The notes under the pieces: generated by a model
Told to the model about the DNA's origin: nothing
The model's input: only the letters and a program-made list of their open reading frames with translations
Databases searched by the model: none
Source: Eledone cirrhosa
Lineage: Eukaryota
NCBI GenBank assembly: GCA_964016885.1
Contig: OZ024742.1
Location: 90,954,001-91,018,000, forward strand
Length of the DNA stretch: 64,000 nucleotides
Reading direction: 5' to 3'
Made by a program: the position numbers and the translations under genes
Shown: positions 28,218 through 41,756 of the stretch, one piece after another
Layout: every line of letters begins with the position of its first letter
Numbering within the stretch: the stretch's first letter is position 1

Positions 28218-31200
28218 TTCTTCTGGTTTTATAATTTCACAAATGTTTTCCCAATAGAGAGAGAGTCGGTTTCTAACATAGACACAAGACTCTCTCATTG
28301 GAATTTACACAACATCAAATAGGTAGATATGTATACATGCATGCATGTGTAGATATGGATGTTATTGTATGTGTGGATGTGTATGTTTTGAGTTGTATGT
28401 GTGCATGTGTATATGCTTTGCATCTGTATATGTGTATATGCAGTTATTAGATGCAAAATCTTTGGAATGTCTTACATATTTTTACTGTTTCATTAATTGA
28501 TTGTACTTGTAATTTCCTAACTATTTGTGTTCTTTCTGTTCCTGTGAAGCCTAGATTCTCAAGATATGAATGTATGTATGTATGTTCTTCTGGTTTTATA
28601 ATATCATAATATCTGGTCTGTTATGCCTGCATTTTATTGGGGTTTTACTGGAACATTCCACCGTACTCTTTCATATTATGTACATGGATGTCTTCCACAT
28701 TGTTGTAGCATTTAATGTGTTTATTATCGGGGCTATCTTTTTTACGAACTGCATTGTACAGTGTTTTGGCCACTACATCATGCCTCATAGGTAGATAGTA
28801 CCGCGATGACATTTTTGGGCAGCTGCTGATGACATGAGTGATATCCTCGATGTTAGTTCTGCAGAGTCTGCACTTGTTATCACATCTAGGTATTTTGCCT
28901 GCATCCCTATCTCTTTTGTGAATCAGGTATTTCGTGTTAATCTCCTGTTTCCGGATTGCAAAAGCGTACCCTTCAAAGTGGGAGCCAATATAGCAGTTGT
29001 TGGTCCAAGATAGACTACTTTCCTTACCTATATTACTCTCACTCTGGAGCTTCCTGACAACCTATCCATGCATGATCTTTTGTTGATAGGCATGCAGATT
29101 TTCATCCATGGATTCACTGCGATACTGCTGAGCGACATCCCTGTGTGTGAGTTTTTGATTATCACACAGGGAATATCTCTCGAGGAGTTCCTTCCCAACT
29201 CTCATGATCTTATCTGTTTCATACATATAGACTTGCCCGAGAAACGGGCTCCTACGCGTCGAGGTTCATAGATGTTGTCGGAGAGATATGATGCGACATT
29301 CAAATGTTGTCTGGACTGATGTTAGGCCTCTGCCTCCCTGCTTACGTTTCAAGTAAAGGTGGTCTATGTCACTGTTGATGTGGAAGTTTCCAGTGTTGTT
29401 CAGTATTTTTCGAGTTCCAACATCAACTGTTCGGATTTCGTCTATCGTCCAATTGAGTATTCCAAACGTTGGTGTTAGGACAGGCACAGCAAACACATTG
29501 TGAGCCACTGTTTTGTTTTGCGCAGAGAGTCCCGATGACCAGATCTTTCTTAATCGGGTGTAGTATTCCCTGGTTACGCGTTCAGATACCATTATAGGAT
29601 ATGTTCTCATCTATCCCCAGGTATCTGTAGCAGTCCTCATCAGATATCGGTGAAACAATTAGGCCATTGATGACAATGTTGTTAGATTGGGTTGTTGTTT
29701 TTCCCCGCTTTACAGTCATGTATGAGCATTTATCTTGGCCAAACTCCATTCCTATATCCTTTGAGAACGTTGTAACCAGGTCAAGATTTTTCTTAATCCC
29801 ATCCATGTGCTTGGCATAGAGTTTCAGATCGTCCACAAAGAAATTATGGGTTAGGTTCGTATTTCTGTCCTCCTGTGAGCCAATGTTGTATCCCTCACAT
29901 TTCTTGAGCAGAAAGGATAAGGGGTTTAATGACAAGATGAACAATATCACAGAGAGACTGTCCCCCTGAAAATAGAGTCCTCCCTCTCAGTGTTTAACCT
30001 TAGGATAGTAGCCCAAGTAGAAGACAGCCTCGCTATGGCTCTGACAATAATGTCTGGGACTTTAGCAAGTTGGAGGGCCTCTATCATCCAATAGTGGGGA
30101 ACAGAATCGAAAGCTTTCCTGTAGTCCAGCCAGACTGTAGCCATATTCCTTCTCAAGTTGTTGCACCTCCGACATCGCAGTTTTGTTGATTAGGAGTTGT
30201 TCAGCATATCCCCAAACCCTTTTCTTTCCAACTGCTTGTTCATCTGTGATGATGTTATTATTTTCACAGTGATCTTGGAGGAATAGGTTCAGGCAGGCTG
30301 TATACATCTTATACTTTAGGTTCTGGCTTGCAATGGGTCGGTAGTTTTTGCCAAGCGGGTGTCTTTGTTCTTGGGTACCAGTAACGTTTGTGCTAATGTC
30401 AACCATTCTGGTATTTCCTTTAAGAACTTGTTGGTAGAGGTCAGTAAGATACCTCCGATTATGTATGTATGTATGCATGTAAGTATGTATGTATGTAATA
30501 TGTATGTTCTTCTGGTTTTATAATTTCACAAATTTGTTCTCAATAGAGAGAGAGTCGGTTTCTAACATAGACACAATACTCTCTCATTGGAATTTACACA
30601 ACATCCAATAGGTAAATTATGTATACATGCATGTATGTGTAGATATGGATGTTATTGTATGTGTGGATGTGTATATTTTGAGTGTATGTATGCATGTGTA
30701 TATGCTTTGTATCTATACATGTGTATATGCAGTTATTAGATGCAACATTTCTGGAATGTTTTACATATTTTTACTGTTCTACTAATGGATTGTACTTGTA
30801 ATTTCCTAACTATTTGTGTTCTTTCTGTTTTGGTGAAGCCTAGCTTCTCAAGATGTGTATTGAGGCAGTTACTAACATACCCCAGTGCCCCAATAATCAC
30901 AGGCATAAATCTGAAGGTGTAGTCAGGGTGGAGTATCTGCAGATTTCTCATCAGTTCTGCATAAATATTCTCCTTTTCGCTAATCTTTGATATTATATTC
31001 GCATCTGCTGGGCAGCTAATTTCCACTACTGTGCATGCTTTCTTCTCCCTGTCCCATATCATAATATCTGGTCTGTTATGCCTGCATTTTATTGGGGTTT
31101 TTACTGGAACATATAGATTCTTTTTGGAGCAAAACATGGGGTGAAAAGAAGAATTTCAACCAAGATGCAGTGGGGCTAAAAGAAATACGAAAGAACTATT

Positions 31201-31550
31201 GCTCCTACACTACAACAAAAACATACGAAATAAGTGAGGGTACCCTTGAGACTGTGATAGGTAAACTCAAAGATAAGAAAACACCAGGAAGAGATTTGAT
31301 TGTCGGCTACTGGTACAAAAACTGATATTCTATCGGAGGTATCTTACTGACCTCTACCAACATGTTCTTAAGGGAGATACACTTATACCAGAATGGTTGA
31401 CATTAGCACAAACATTACTGGTCCCCAAGAACAAAGACACCCACTTGGCAAAAAACTACTGACTCATTGCATGCCAGAACCTGATGTATAAGATGTATAC
31501 AGCCTGCCTGAAGCTATTCCTCAAAGATCACTGTGAAAATAATAACATCA
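28218..31550 (-). mobile_element. Cluster of R4/Dong-like RLE LINE fragments separated by (TATG)n
   Basis: WLDYRKAFDSVPH, FFVDDLKLY, RHNRPDIMIWDREKK...VVEISCP; 3' end TTCTTCTGGTTTTATAAT at about 28218, 28584 and 30507; plus-strand inverted piece at about 31112-31550 (KTPGRD). Confidence 0.88.
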
Positions 31551-32611
31551 AGAGTAATAACATCAAGAGTATAGAATTAACAAATCCATTATTAGCTTAC
31601 ATATTTGATTTCAAATCTTGCCTTAGATATAGAGATAGCAACAGGAATTTAAACCAACACTTTCATTCTCAAAATCCTCTAATTATTTCTGCCAATCAGT
31701 TGATATTTAAGATCTATTCCTTAGTAAACCATTCATTCATAAAGCATCCACTAGCAGATAGATAACTAACTGAATTACGAGAGATTGTACGATACTGACT
31801 GCAACAACGATATCTAATACTTATTTTAACTCTACAAGATTATAGTATCTTCCCCTGTCTTGACTTCTGATGCGAAGCTAATGTTGCCGTTCTTCTCAAA
31901 CTACATAAGATGGGTTGTTAGCTTGTAAATCTCTTTGCTTGAGTGCCCTGCCACAGTCGCTTAGACAAGGCCACACATATACCTGAAACAGAAGGAACTC
32001 GGTAAACAGAAAAATACTATAACAAAAACACATATATTCTTCTACTAAATCTTCGATGTCATAGTGTGGCATGGAACAATGGGCTTGAAGTGGTGGATTT
32101 AGTATCAGAGATAAAACCGTCGAACTGGAAATGTTCCAGTAGCCTGAAGTCAGCCTGATAAATCTAGCCCTAAGCTAATTCTGAGGGCTACCGTTTCGAT
32201 TTCTTGTTTGCCTACTGCTAATATCATGAATGAGTCAAGTCACTTGAGAAAAAGAGAAAATCACAAATTTACATTTTCGTTTCTGGAAAACTACGGAATG
32301 TCCTTCTACTCAATTATGTCAAGTGTTAAACATGATCTCATACAGACACAATTGTTGAGAAAAACGTATGTAAAAACATCGATTTTCTAGTTCACTGAAA
32401 TATGGAAGCTATTGTCTTTTTATGAACTCTACCTTTGTGCATACATGTTTTAAACTGTTTGAGTGCTTTTTTGGCGGGAATTCCGACTGAGTGACTTCAA
32501 ACATTGAATTCGATTCTTCATAACAGCTGCTGATCACTGGCTTCTGTCATTTTATCCGATTCTTTAAGCAATTGACTGTTTTCTAAGAATTTCAATCACC
32601 TCACCACTCCG

Positions 32612-33187
32612 ATTGGTATTGTATGGCACGGTTTCGCCTGCCGCAATTTTCAATCTAAACGTATGTTATTACTCAAAGGGCCTACCTTATTGAGTGCTTT
32701 GCTACTCATTCCTAATTGTAGGTCGATTTTGCTTGGCCGCATTTTCCTTGTTCGAAATAACACGTGACAATGAAAGACTGAATGCTGTCTATTGTAGCAG
32801 TCGTCCTAAGTTGCAGTTCACACCGGCTTGAGGCACAGAACGAAATACCTGTCGATGCCGCGAATCGCCTGTTCGATCATAGAATACCACAAACTTATTT
32901 ATTACGTAAGTTGGATTGATGATTTCGATTTCATAGAAACATATCGAACGTATTGCAGAATACCGTTCGATTTGTTCAGGTCTGTTGCCTAACCTGATTG
33001 GTTTTTTCGTTGTTTTGGTATTGTATGGCTGGGTTTTGCCTGCCGCAATTTTCAATTTGTCAAGCTATCTAAACGTAATGTTATTATTCTGAAGGGCTAC
33101 CTTATTGAGTGCTTTGCTACCCATTCCTAATTGTAGGTCGACTTTGCTTGGCCATAGCCAAAGCTTCGATTTTACTAAGCTTACACT

Positions 33188-33253
<66 letters not shown>

Positions 33254-33449
33254 AACCAGTAAGACCCCGACAGCTGAGCTCAAGCCGTTTCGACGGCTAA
33301 TTCTGGACTCTGAATCCAGAATTAGCCGTCGAAACGGCTTGAGCTCAGCTGTCGGGGTCTTACTGGTTCCTATTACCCACTCTACTACTTCAAGTATTGA
33401 GTACTTTGGTGCGTTATGGTCCACCTGGTTCCTTACCACATTTCCTTCG

Positions 33450-33487
<38 letters not shown>

Positions 33488-34422
33488 AAATGTGTGAGAT
33501 CCTTTGTATTTGAAAGAAAAGGAAAAGAATTACTTCATTTGTAGTTCTAAACAAATTGATTTAATTGTATCATATTATAATATTATAAAATTAAATCACT
33601 TTGTTTAGAACTTTTCTTCAAATATATATATATATATACAAATAGAAGATTAGTAAAATCGAAGTTTTGGCGGTGACCAAGCTAACGAGATACAATTATG
33701 TTAGCGCAAAGCACTCGATAAGGGTGTATCACTTTAGAGTAACTAACATACGTTAGATAGCCTGACAAATTGAAAACTGCGGCAAATAGACCAAAACAAC
33801 GAAAATACATCCAGGTTCGATAACAAACCTGGACCGTATCGCATAGTGCCATACCTCCGATAGGTTTCTCTGAAACCAAAATGAACAATCCTACTTGCGC
33901 AATATGCAAGTTTGTGGTATTTGATGACCGAACCGCGGACCCACCTTATCAACAGGTTTCCGTTCTGTGCCTCAAACCGGTGTGAAGTGTAGCAGTAGGC
34001 CGTTACTAATGGTAGCAATCACTTGCTTTTTCCCCAACAAGAGAAATAAACCCCGGGTTTTTGGCGGGCAAATTCAAAGTGTGAACAAAGGAATTGATTC
34101 CGTTCCACAAACCGAATAAGAAGCTCTCAACTAGACGTTATTAAACAAACATAATTAATTAATAAATCAATAAAATTATCTAATTTAATTAATTAATTAA
34201 TTATTAGATCTAGGAGATAGTAATAAAATAGAAGGTTAGTAAAATCGAATTTATGGCGGTGGTCAAGTTAACGAGATACAATTTGGTTTGTGCAAAGCAC
34301 TCAATAAGGGTGTATCACCTTAGAGTAATTAACATACGTTAGATAGCGTGACAAATTGAAAACTGCAGCAAGCGGGCCCAGCCACATAATGCACCAAAGC
34401 AATCAAAATATATTCAGGTTAG
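32612..34422. repeat. Unclassified dispersed repeat, four partial copies (two on each strand)
   Basis: 33640-33817 is similar to 34226-34420 (direct); 32990-33180 and 32612-32740 are diverged reverse-complement relatives (TTAGTAAAATCGAA...AAAGCACTCAATAAGG...GACAAATTGAAAA). Confidence 0.55.
33250..33451 (+). mobile_element. Fold-back element family H, second copy
   Basis: Arms 33250-33307 and 33315-33372 are perfectly inverted; tail to 33451; (TA)n on both sides. Confidence 0.85.
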
Positions 34423-35231
34423 GTATATATATATATACACACACATATATATATATAATATATATAAAATCACTTGGCAACAGTGACATCACGCAGGTAC
34501 TCGAATTTCGTTTGGTTTAATACCAAATCATTATACAAAAGGAAGTCTGACACGCCAGTTTTAAGCCTTGTCTTCTAAGAAACAAAGAAACATTGGTGTT
34601 ACGAAGCGTTGTAGCGTCTTATATAATATGTTAATTTACACTCAATCTCAATATTGCTCAACGCTTCAACAACATCTGTTTCTTTGTTTAAATCTAGTAG
34701 TCAATCTTGCACATGCTTGTTTAAAAATCCACAAGTGACTGTCTTCATTTTCTCACTGTCTTTAGGGGTTTATGCCCTACTTTTTCGACAATGTTCTCGT
34801 CAAATTTGCATTGTATCAACTTGCAATATGACAATATGCTTTCTTTATATATAAAGGTGAACAGGTTATTAGGAAAAATACAAGGCAAGATTTGATGAAA
34901 TTAGAAGAATGATTTATTATATAATAGTGGCCCTATTATGTAATAAATCCTTCTTCGAATTTCCACAAAATGTACCTAGTTTTTCATGATGAAGTCCTAG
35001 TACCCTGTTCAGTTTAAATTACTCCGTAACATTCTCCTTGGAATCTATGTACCATACTCGATGACGCATCTCGTATCATGAAGATACTTACACAACTCCA
35101 TCGATCAGGTTAAACAGAATTAACCGATAAACTTCCTCTCCCATTTTTGTGTCTCACATATCCATTATACACTAACATGAATTTTCCTACATAAATCAAA
35201 TACTTTTATTTCTTCTCATATATATATATAT

Positions 35232-37300
35232 CCCTACAGACCAACTGAAAGGACTAAACAAACTACAAAAAACTCCTCAATAATCATAAAAGAAGCGGAC
35301 AAAGGTGGAGCAATCATCATCATGAACAAAACTACTACAAGGATATAGTCCTAGAACAGCTGAATAACGAGGACCTTTACAGAAAAATCAGCAAAAACGA
35401 AGAAAGAAAATCGATGATTAAAGTAGGCAAACTGACGACCAAGTACCAAAACAACCTCAAACTATAGGAAATCAGTTACTTAACCAACTTCGAAATGAAA
35501 ACAGGAACTTCTCTGGTTTACCGAAGGTTCACAAATCCAGAGAAATCCAAAACAACATAAAAGTTAAAAATACATCATATGTTGAAGTACCAAAAACCGA
35601 CAGATTTAAAATTACGCCCAATTGTTGCTGGACCTGCCTCAAGCGCACAAAGTCTAAGCAACCTATTAGACATCATATTGAAACCCTTATGTAAAAAAAA
35701 GTCCCAAGCTTCATCAGAGATGATATGGAATTTCTGAACTATATCCCCCAGAAAGTACACCAAGAAACAATCTTAGTCAGCTTTGACGTAACAATCTTAT
35801 ATACTAACATCTCACAAGACTTAGGATTGAAGCTGTTGACTTCTGGATTACAAAACATCCAGACTACATTTCAGAGAAATTCCCCCAAAAAATTATTTTG
35901 TAAGGACTCAAACTAGTACTGGAGAACAACCACTTCCTTTTTGATAACGAACTATATTTACAAATAAAAGGAATGGCCATGGGTACCAAAGTGGCCCCAA
36001 CATATGCAATACTCGTTATGGGCCACTGGAGGCAAAATTACATTCCAAACTGCAGGAAACATTCAGTTGTGACTTCGCCACCTACATTAATCACAACTGG
36101 AAACGCTACCTAGACGACTGCTTCATCTTCTGGAATAGAAGCCAAGAAGACCTTCAAAAATTCCATTTCATCATAAACAATCTTCACGAAGAAACAAAAT
36201 TTACCATGGAATGTAAAAAAAAGGAACTACCGTTTCTGGATATCCTTATCATTAAGGAATGGGAAAATATAAAAACGGATTTATTTAACAAACCAACAGA
36301 CACACACCTATACTTGAATTTCCGCACACCCATCACATACTAAAAGGAACATTCCTTTTAACATGGCAAGACGCATCTGCACCATAGTGACACACCCCAC
36401 ACTACAGGAAAAAAGATTATATGAATTAAAAAAGTTCCTTAAGAGACAAGAATATCAGGTGAACCCCATCAACACAACCATCTCCAAAGCCCAGAACATC
36501 CCAGTGACAACACTGAGAAAAACAAAGCAACAAAATAGAATGGAAAAAACATTTATCACTTTTGTCATCACTCACAATCCAAGGAACTTCAACATTGTGA
36601 AAGCCGCCAAACAATATCTCCTGATTCTCCAGCAGTCCCCTAAAATGAATGCACTCATAAAAGACGCACAAATTATATATAGTAGACGCCAAGCACCCAA
36701 CCTAAAGAAACTGCTTATCAAGGCAACATTTACGTCTAATAATGAAACAATGGAAGTTAAGAAATGCGGGGACCCTCGATGCGGAACTTGCGAACACATT
36801 GAAGAGGGTGGACAAATCTCCTTTAAAAACAACCAGTCTTTCACAGTTAATGCAAACATGAATTGCAAAACAAAAATCTTGATTTACTGTGCAACCTGCC
36901 CACAATGTAAAGAATACTACATTGGTGAAACCGGAACATGACAGTGTTCGAGTACATAAACAACAACTTAGAGACCCCTCTGTCAGAAACACCACTTGCA
37001 GTGAACACTTCGCAACATGCGGAAAGGGAAATATTACCATTTTCCCCTTCTTTAAGATATGGTCGGACAACGAACACTTCCGAAAATATAAAGAAGAATT
37101 CTTTATTAGAAAATACAAACCACTACTGAACACAAAAAAGTGATATTTCATTTTCAAGCAACGGGATTCTCCCCTTCTTTATTCTTTAAAAAAATCTCAT
37201 ATTGAAAAAGAAAAATAGTTGATGACACCCGTATTTTCAAACATTCGATCGCTGAAGAGAAGGAAAACCCTCAGAGGTACATTTCATTAATTTCCCCTTC
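35232..37300 (+). mobile_element. Penelope-like element RT + GIY-YIG ORF, frameshifted
   Basis: IIKEADKGGAIIIMN, GLPKVHK, LRPIVAGP, SFDVTILYTNI, GMAMGTKVAP, WKRYLDDCF, LPFLDILI, KPTDTH, CGDPRCGTC, LIYCATCPQCKEYYIGET. Confidence 0.92.
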
Positions 37301-37756
37301 CCCACACCAATGTATATATGAACTTAAACACTTCAGTGGATGTGTGTATAGTTATATGTATGTATAGATGTGCCTGTAGGTATACAGATATATGTGTACA
37401 TGTTTATGTGTATGTGTGCATATGTGTGTGTTTATATTTATGTGTGTGTATGTATGCATGTGCGTATGTGTGAGATAGATATGTGTATGTATATGTATGT
37501 GTGTGTATATATGTATGTGTGGATATGTGTATAATATATTTATATGTATATATATGTAGTATAATATATGTAGTATATATATATATGTATATGTTAAAAT
37601 ATATATATATATGTAGGAGGTATAAAATGTGTTTATATGGAATATATATGTGTGTGTGTGTATGTATATATGTATGTGCGTGTGTGTGTGTGTGTGTATG
37701 TATATATGTGTGTGTATATGTATGTGTGTATGTATGTATAAAATATGTGTGTATAT

Positions 37757-37808
<52 letters not shown>

Positions 37809-37810
<2 letters not shown>

Positions 37811-38025
37811 GCGTGTGGCTGAGTGGTTAGAGAATTGGATTCGCATTCGTAAGGTTGTGAGTTCGATTTCTGGACCAGGCGATGCGTTATGTCCTTGAGC
37901 AAGACACTTTATTTCACGTTGCTCCTTCTACCTGGAGTAGCGGCCGATAGATAGTATTAGCAATTGGAAAGACCGACGGAAACATTGTTCCCTCGGTCCG
38001 ATTTGACGAAAGTCGATCGTTCCTT
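37809..38025 (+). mobile_element. tRNA-derived SINE (family F)
   Basis: GGCGTGTGGCTGAGTGGTTAG (A box), GAGTTCGATTTC (B box), GTCCTTGAGCAAGACACT core. Confidence 0.8.
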
Positions 38026-38446
38026 TATATGTATGTATGTGTGTATATGTGTGGGAGATATTTATATATAGTATGTATGTAGGATATGTATAGTGTATAT
38101 ATAGGATGTATATGACATATGTGTGGGATATATGTGTGGTTTATATATATACAGTATATAGGATATATATGCTGTGTATATAACATGTATGTATGGTATA
38201 TGTATAAAAAAAAATATATATATATATGGGGTGTGTATATGATATATATATATATATATATGTATGTGTATGTATGTGTTTATGTGTGTGTATGTATGTG
38301 TGTGTATGTATATATGTATATGTATGTATGTGCAAGATATTTTAGATCATTGGCTGGGCTAAAAAGCCACATTCGATAGCAGCGCTGTTAGTTGCTATCG
38401 TGTGTTTGTGTGTGTATAGATGTGTTTGTGTGTGTATAGATGTGTT

Positions 38447-38479
<33 letters not shown>

Positions 38480-38844
38480 GTATATGTATATTATTATTGT
38501 TGTTGTTGTCGTTATTATTATTATTATTATTATTGTTATTAATATATATGTATATACATATATATATTTTATTATTATTATGGGGTTTTTTTCTAGTTCA
38601 ATGGTCATACTCGATAACGAAGGGGCAGCCATTATATGTATGTATGTATGTAGAAAATATATATTTGTATGTATGTGATATATATATATATATATATATG
38701 TGTGTATGTACAAGATATGTATAATATATATGTATGTTGAGTGTGTATATGTATATATGTATGTGTATGTGTGTATAAGATATATACATACACAACACGC
38801 ACATACACACATATATGTGTGTATGTGTGTATGTGCGTGTTGTG

Positions 38845-38904
<60 letters not shown>

Positions 38905-39153
38905 AGAGTATTGAAGTTTGCTTGAAGCATTGTGGAATAATAGGTAAATATTTTTAAGTCGTTTGGAAGCCTCGACAATGCAGATGGGTAAATCTCCGGG
39001 TAACAAGATCCGGTGGCGGAGAGAGAGATGTAAGTGGGTATACGTTGAGATGCGTGGTGTGTATAAGACGTGTAGAAGAATGAAGGAAAGAGTATAAAGG
39101 AAAAATAAAAATAAGAACACGAGAGAGAGTTACCTTGGGAGAGATTTAATTGT

Positions 39154-39189
39154 CCCTATATATTTCGGATTCACATCCATCAACTGGGG
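39154..39189 (-). ncRNA. Decayed minimal hammerhead motif inside a TA-flanked insert (38902-39280)
   Basis: CCC-CAGTTGA-T-GGAT(gtga)ATCC-GAAA-TATA-TA-GGG; two substitutions in the core. Confidence 0.4.
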
Positions 39190-39368
39190 GTTTTTTCCGG
39201 GGTGGGGGAAGGGTTGTCGTCGGAAAGGTGCGAAACGCGTCCTCCGCTGTTTGTTGTTTTGAATATCTTTATATCTTAATATATATATAAATATATATAT
39301 ATATATGTGTGTTTGTATAATATGTATATATATATGTTTGGTGTATGTATATATATGTGGTGTGTGTT

Positions 39369-39446
<78 letters not shown>

Positions 39447-39689
39447 TATATGTAGTATATACATATATATATGGTATGTGTATATATGTGTATAATATAT
39501 ATATATAATGTGTGGTGTATATATGGGTGTATATGTACAAGATATGTATAATATATATGTATGTTGAGTGTGTATGTGTATATAAGATATATATATATAT
39601 ATATGTGTGTATATGTATGTATACATATATATACATATATGTGTGTATGTGCGTGTGTGTGTATGTATATATATATATATATATGTATA

Positions 39690-40442
39690 TATTGGCAACA
39701 TGACCCTCCCAAAGTATAACAATATCGGTTTCAACACACGTAGTATCGGTTTCAACACATGTACTGTAGACAATGTAGAGATAAGAATATAGTGTACATA
39801 GGTGAGACAGCGCGTAGTATAGGTGAACGGATAAATGAACACTGGCGAGACCTTCAAGATAATAAAGAATCATCTGTACTCCACCAACATGCTAAAATAG
39901 AACATAAGGGTAAATTAGAGGACATAGAAATAAAAATAGAATCTACACACAGAAAAGACGCAATGTGTAGACAAATCACAGAGGCAATAAACATAAATGA
40001 ACTCCAACCAAATTTAAATAGAAAACATGAATGGAACAGCAACATCACAACTTACAATTAAGGACAAAATTAAAACACACACACACATAGAACAAACAAC
40101 CAACCGGTAACATGTAAATAACAAATAAATAAACAAATATAAACAAACACAGAGACCCGATGTAACACATGCGCAAACTAAGCACACAATACACACAAAA
40201 ACGAGATGGCGTAGGGCAGAACAAAGGAGAGGCACAAAAACAAAGAAAATAATCCCCAGTCACTGAAGAGGTCACAGAATGTGTGACGAAAGATCTTTGA
40301 CAATATATGAACAATCATCTGGTTGTGGAACCAACCAACCAACCGGAAATTTATAAATTCCTAAATTTATAAATTTAATTTATAATAAATTCAAGTGAAA
40401 GTGCGTGTGTTTCTTATTGGCAACATGACCCTCCCAAAGTAT

Positions 40443-40450
<8 letters not shown>
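39690..40450 (+). mobile_element. 5'-truncated Penelope-like element (GIY-YIG end, 3' UTR, HHR) with 36-bp terminal direct repeats
   Basis: ORF 39759-40061 reads CRQC...[16 protein letters not shown]...LHQH...EAININELQPNLN; TATTGGCAACATGACCCTCCCAAAGTATAACAATAT at 39690-39725 and 40415-40450. Confidence 0.88.
40259..40301 (+). ncRNA. Minimal type I hammerhead ribozyme
   Basis: GTCA-CTGAAGA-G-GTCACA(gaatg)TGTGAC-GAAA-GATC-TT-TGAC: stem I 4 bp, stem II 6 bp, palindromic AGATCT. Confidence 0.75.
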
Positions 40451-40520
<70 letters not shown>

Positions 40521-40521
40521 C

Positions 40522-40573
<52 letters not shown>

Positions 40574-40602
40574 TGTATGTATGTATGTATGTATGTATGT
40601 AT

Positions 40603-41756
40603 GGCAAACCCACCAAGGTTTCTTGGTGAGGAGGGTGACTTTGGACATCCTGCAGGACTAAAAACAAAACCTGTCAAAGGGCAAAGGAGCTCTTAAGAAT
40701 CAATGGCCATCCAAAAACAGCTGAAGAGATGACCCCTTAGCCTTTGTCAAGGCAGAATTCTAGGAGAAGGAAAACTCTGATATAACACCTAAAACCCTGA
40801 TGGTATCCAATGATGTTGACTTGCTCTTCTTTTTGGAAAATATCATCTTGGTTAAGAGAGTGGGACTGGTTTTGTGCAGTTCCTTTGCTCACTATAAAAG
40901 CTTTACGGCACAGGCATTGCTTTATATCTGGAGATCTCTCTGCACTTGTCATCACATGGTACCATGGGCCCAGCACTATGTGTCAGTAATTGTCACAAGT
41001 GTAGTGTTTGTACCAGAGTTTTCAAGTCGCTGGCTGGACTAAAAAGTACCATTCGTTCAGCGCATCGGTAGGAGTTCTCCTACAAGGATATAAAGTAGTG
41101 ACCGTACTCGAAAGCGAGTTGGCAGCCACCATGTATGTATGTATATATGTATGTATGTATATATATATATATATAACATGTATCCCTGTAAAACCTGTCT
41201 CATGGTCGGCTCGTTGGCGCCTAAACTGGCAACCCCACCAAGGTTTTTTGGTGATGAGGGTAACTTTGGACATCCTGCAGGACTAAAAACAAAACCTGTC
41301 AAAGAGCAAATGAGCTCTTAAGAGTCAATGGCCATCCAAAATCACCGGGAGAGATGACCCCTTAGCCTTTGTCAAGGCAGAATTCTAGGAGAAGGAAAAC
41401 TCTGATATAACACCTGCAACCCTGATGGTATCCAATGATGTTGACTTGTTATTCTTTTTGGTAAATCTCATCTTGGTTAAGAGAGTGGGACTGGCTTTGT
41501 GCAGTGCCTTTGCTTACTATAAAAGCTTCACGGCACAGGCATTGCTTTATATCTGGAGATCTCTCTGCACTTGTCGTTACATGGTACCATGGGTCCAGCA
41601 CTATGTGTCAATAATTGTCACAAGTGTAGTGTTTGTACCAGAGTTTTCAAGTCGCTGGTTGGACAAAAAAGTCACACTCGTTCAGCGCATCGGTAAGGGT
41701 TCTCCTACCTGGATATAAAGTAGTTGCCGTACTCGAAAACGAGTTGGCAGCCACCA
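40603..41756 (+). mobile_element. Two tandem copies of an about 580-bp non-autonomous retroposon (family D) with an RTE-like 3' tail
   Basis: 40603-41131 and about 41176-41756 are highly similar; both end ...TACTCGAAARCGAGTTGGCAGCCACCAT followed by microsatellite. Confidence 0.8.

Noticed and set aside
33543-33612. AT-rich inverted repeat between TA tracts
   Set aside because: Probably another small fold-back, but single-copy here and too AT-rich to assign.
37250-37295. Hammerhead at the 3' end of the 35-37 kb Penelope element (CTGAAGA-GAAGG..CCCTC)
   Set aside because: No GAAA or stem I partner follows; at best a decayed remnant.
41425-41718. Repeated 80-97 aa ORF MVSNDVDLLFF... in family D
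   Set aside because: Conservation only reflects recent copying; stop position differs between copies and no domain is recognisable.
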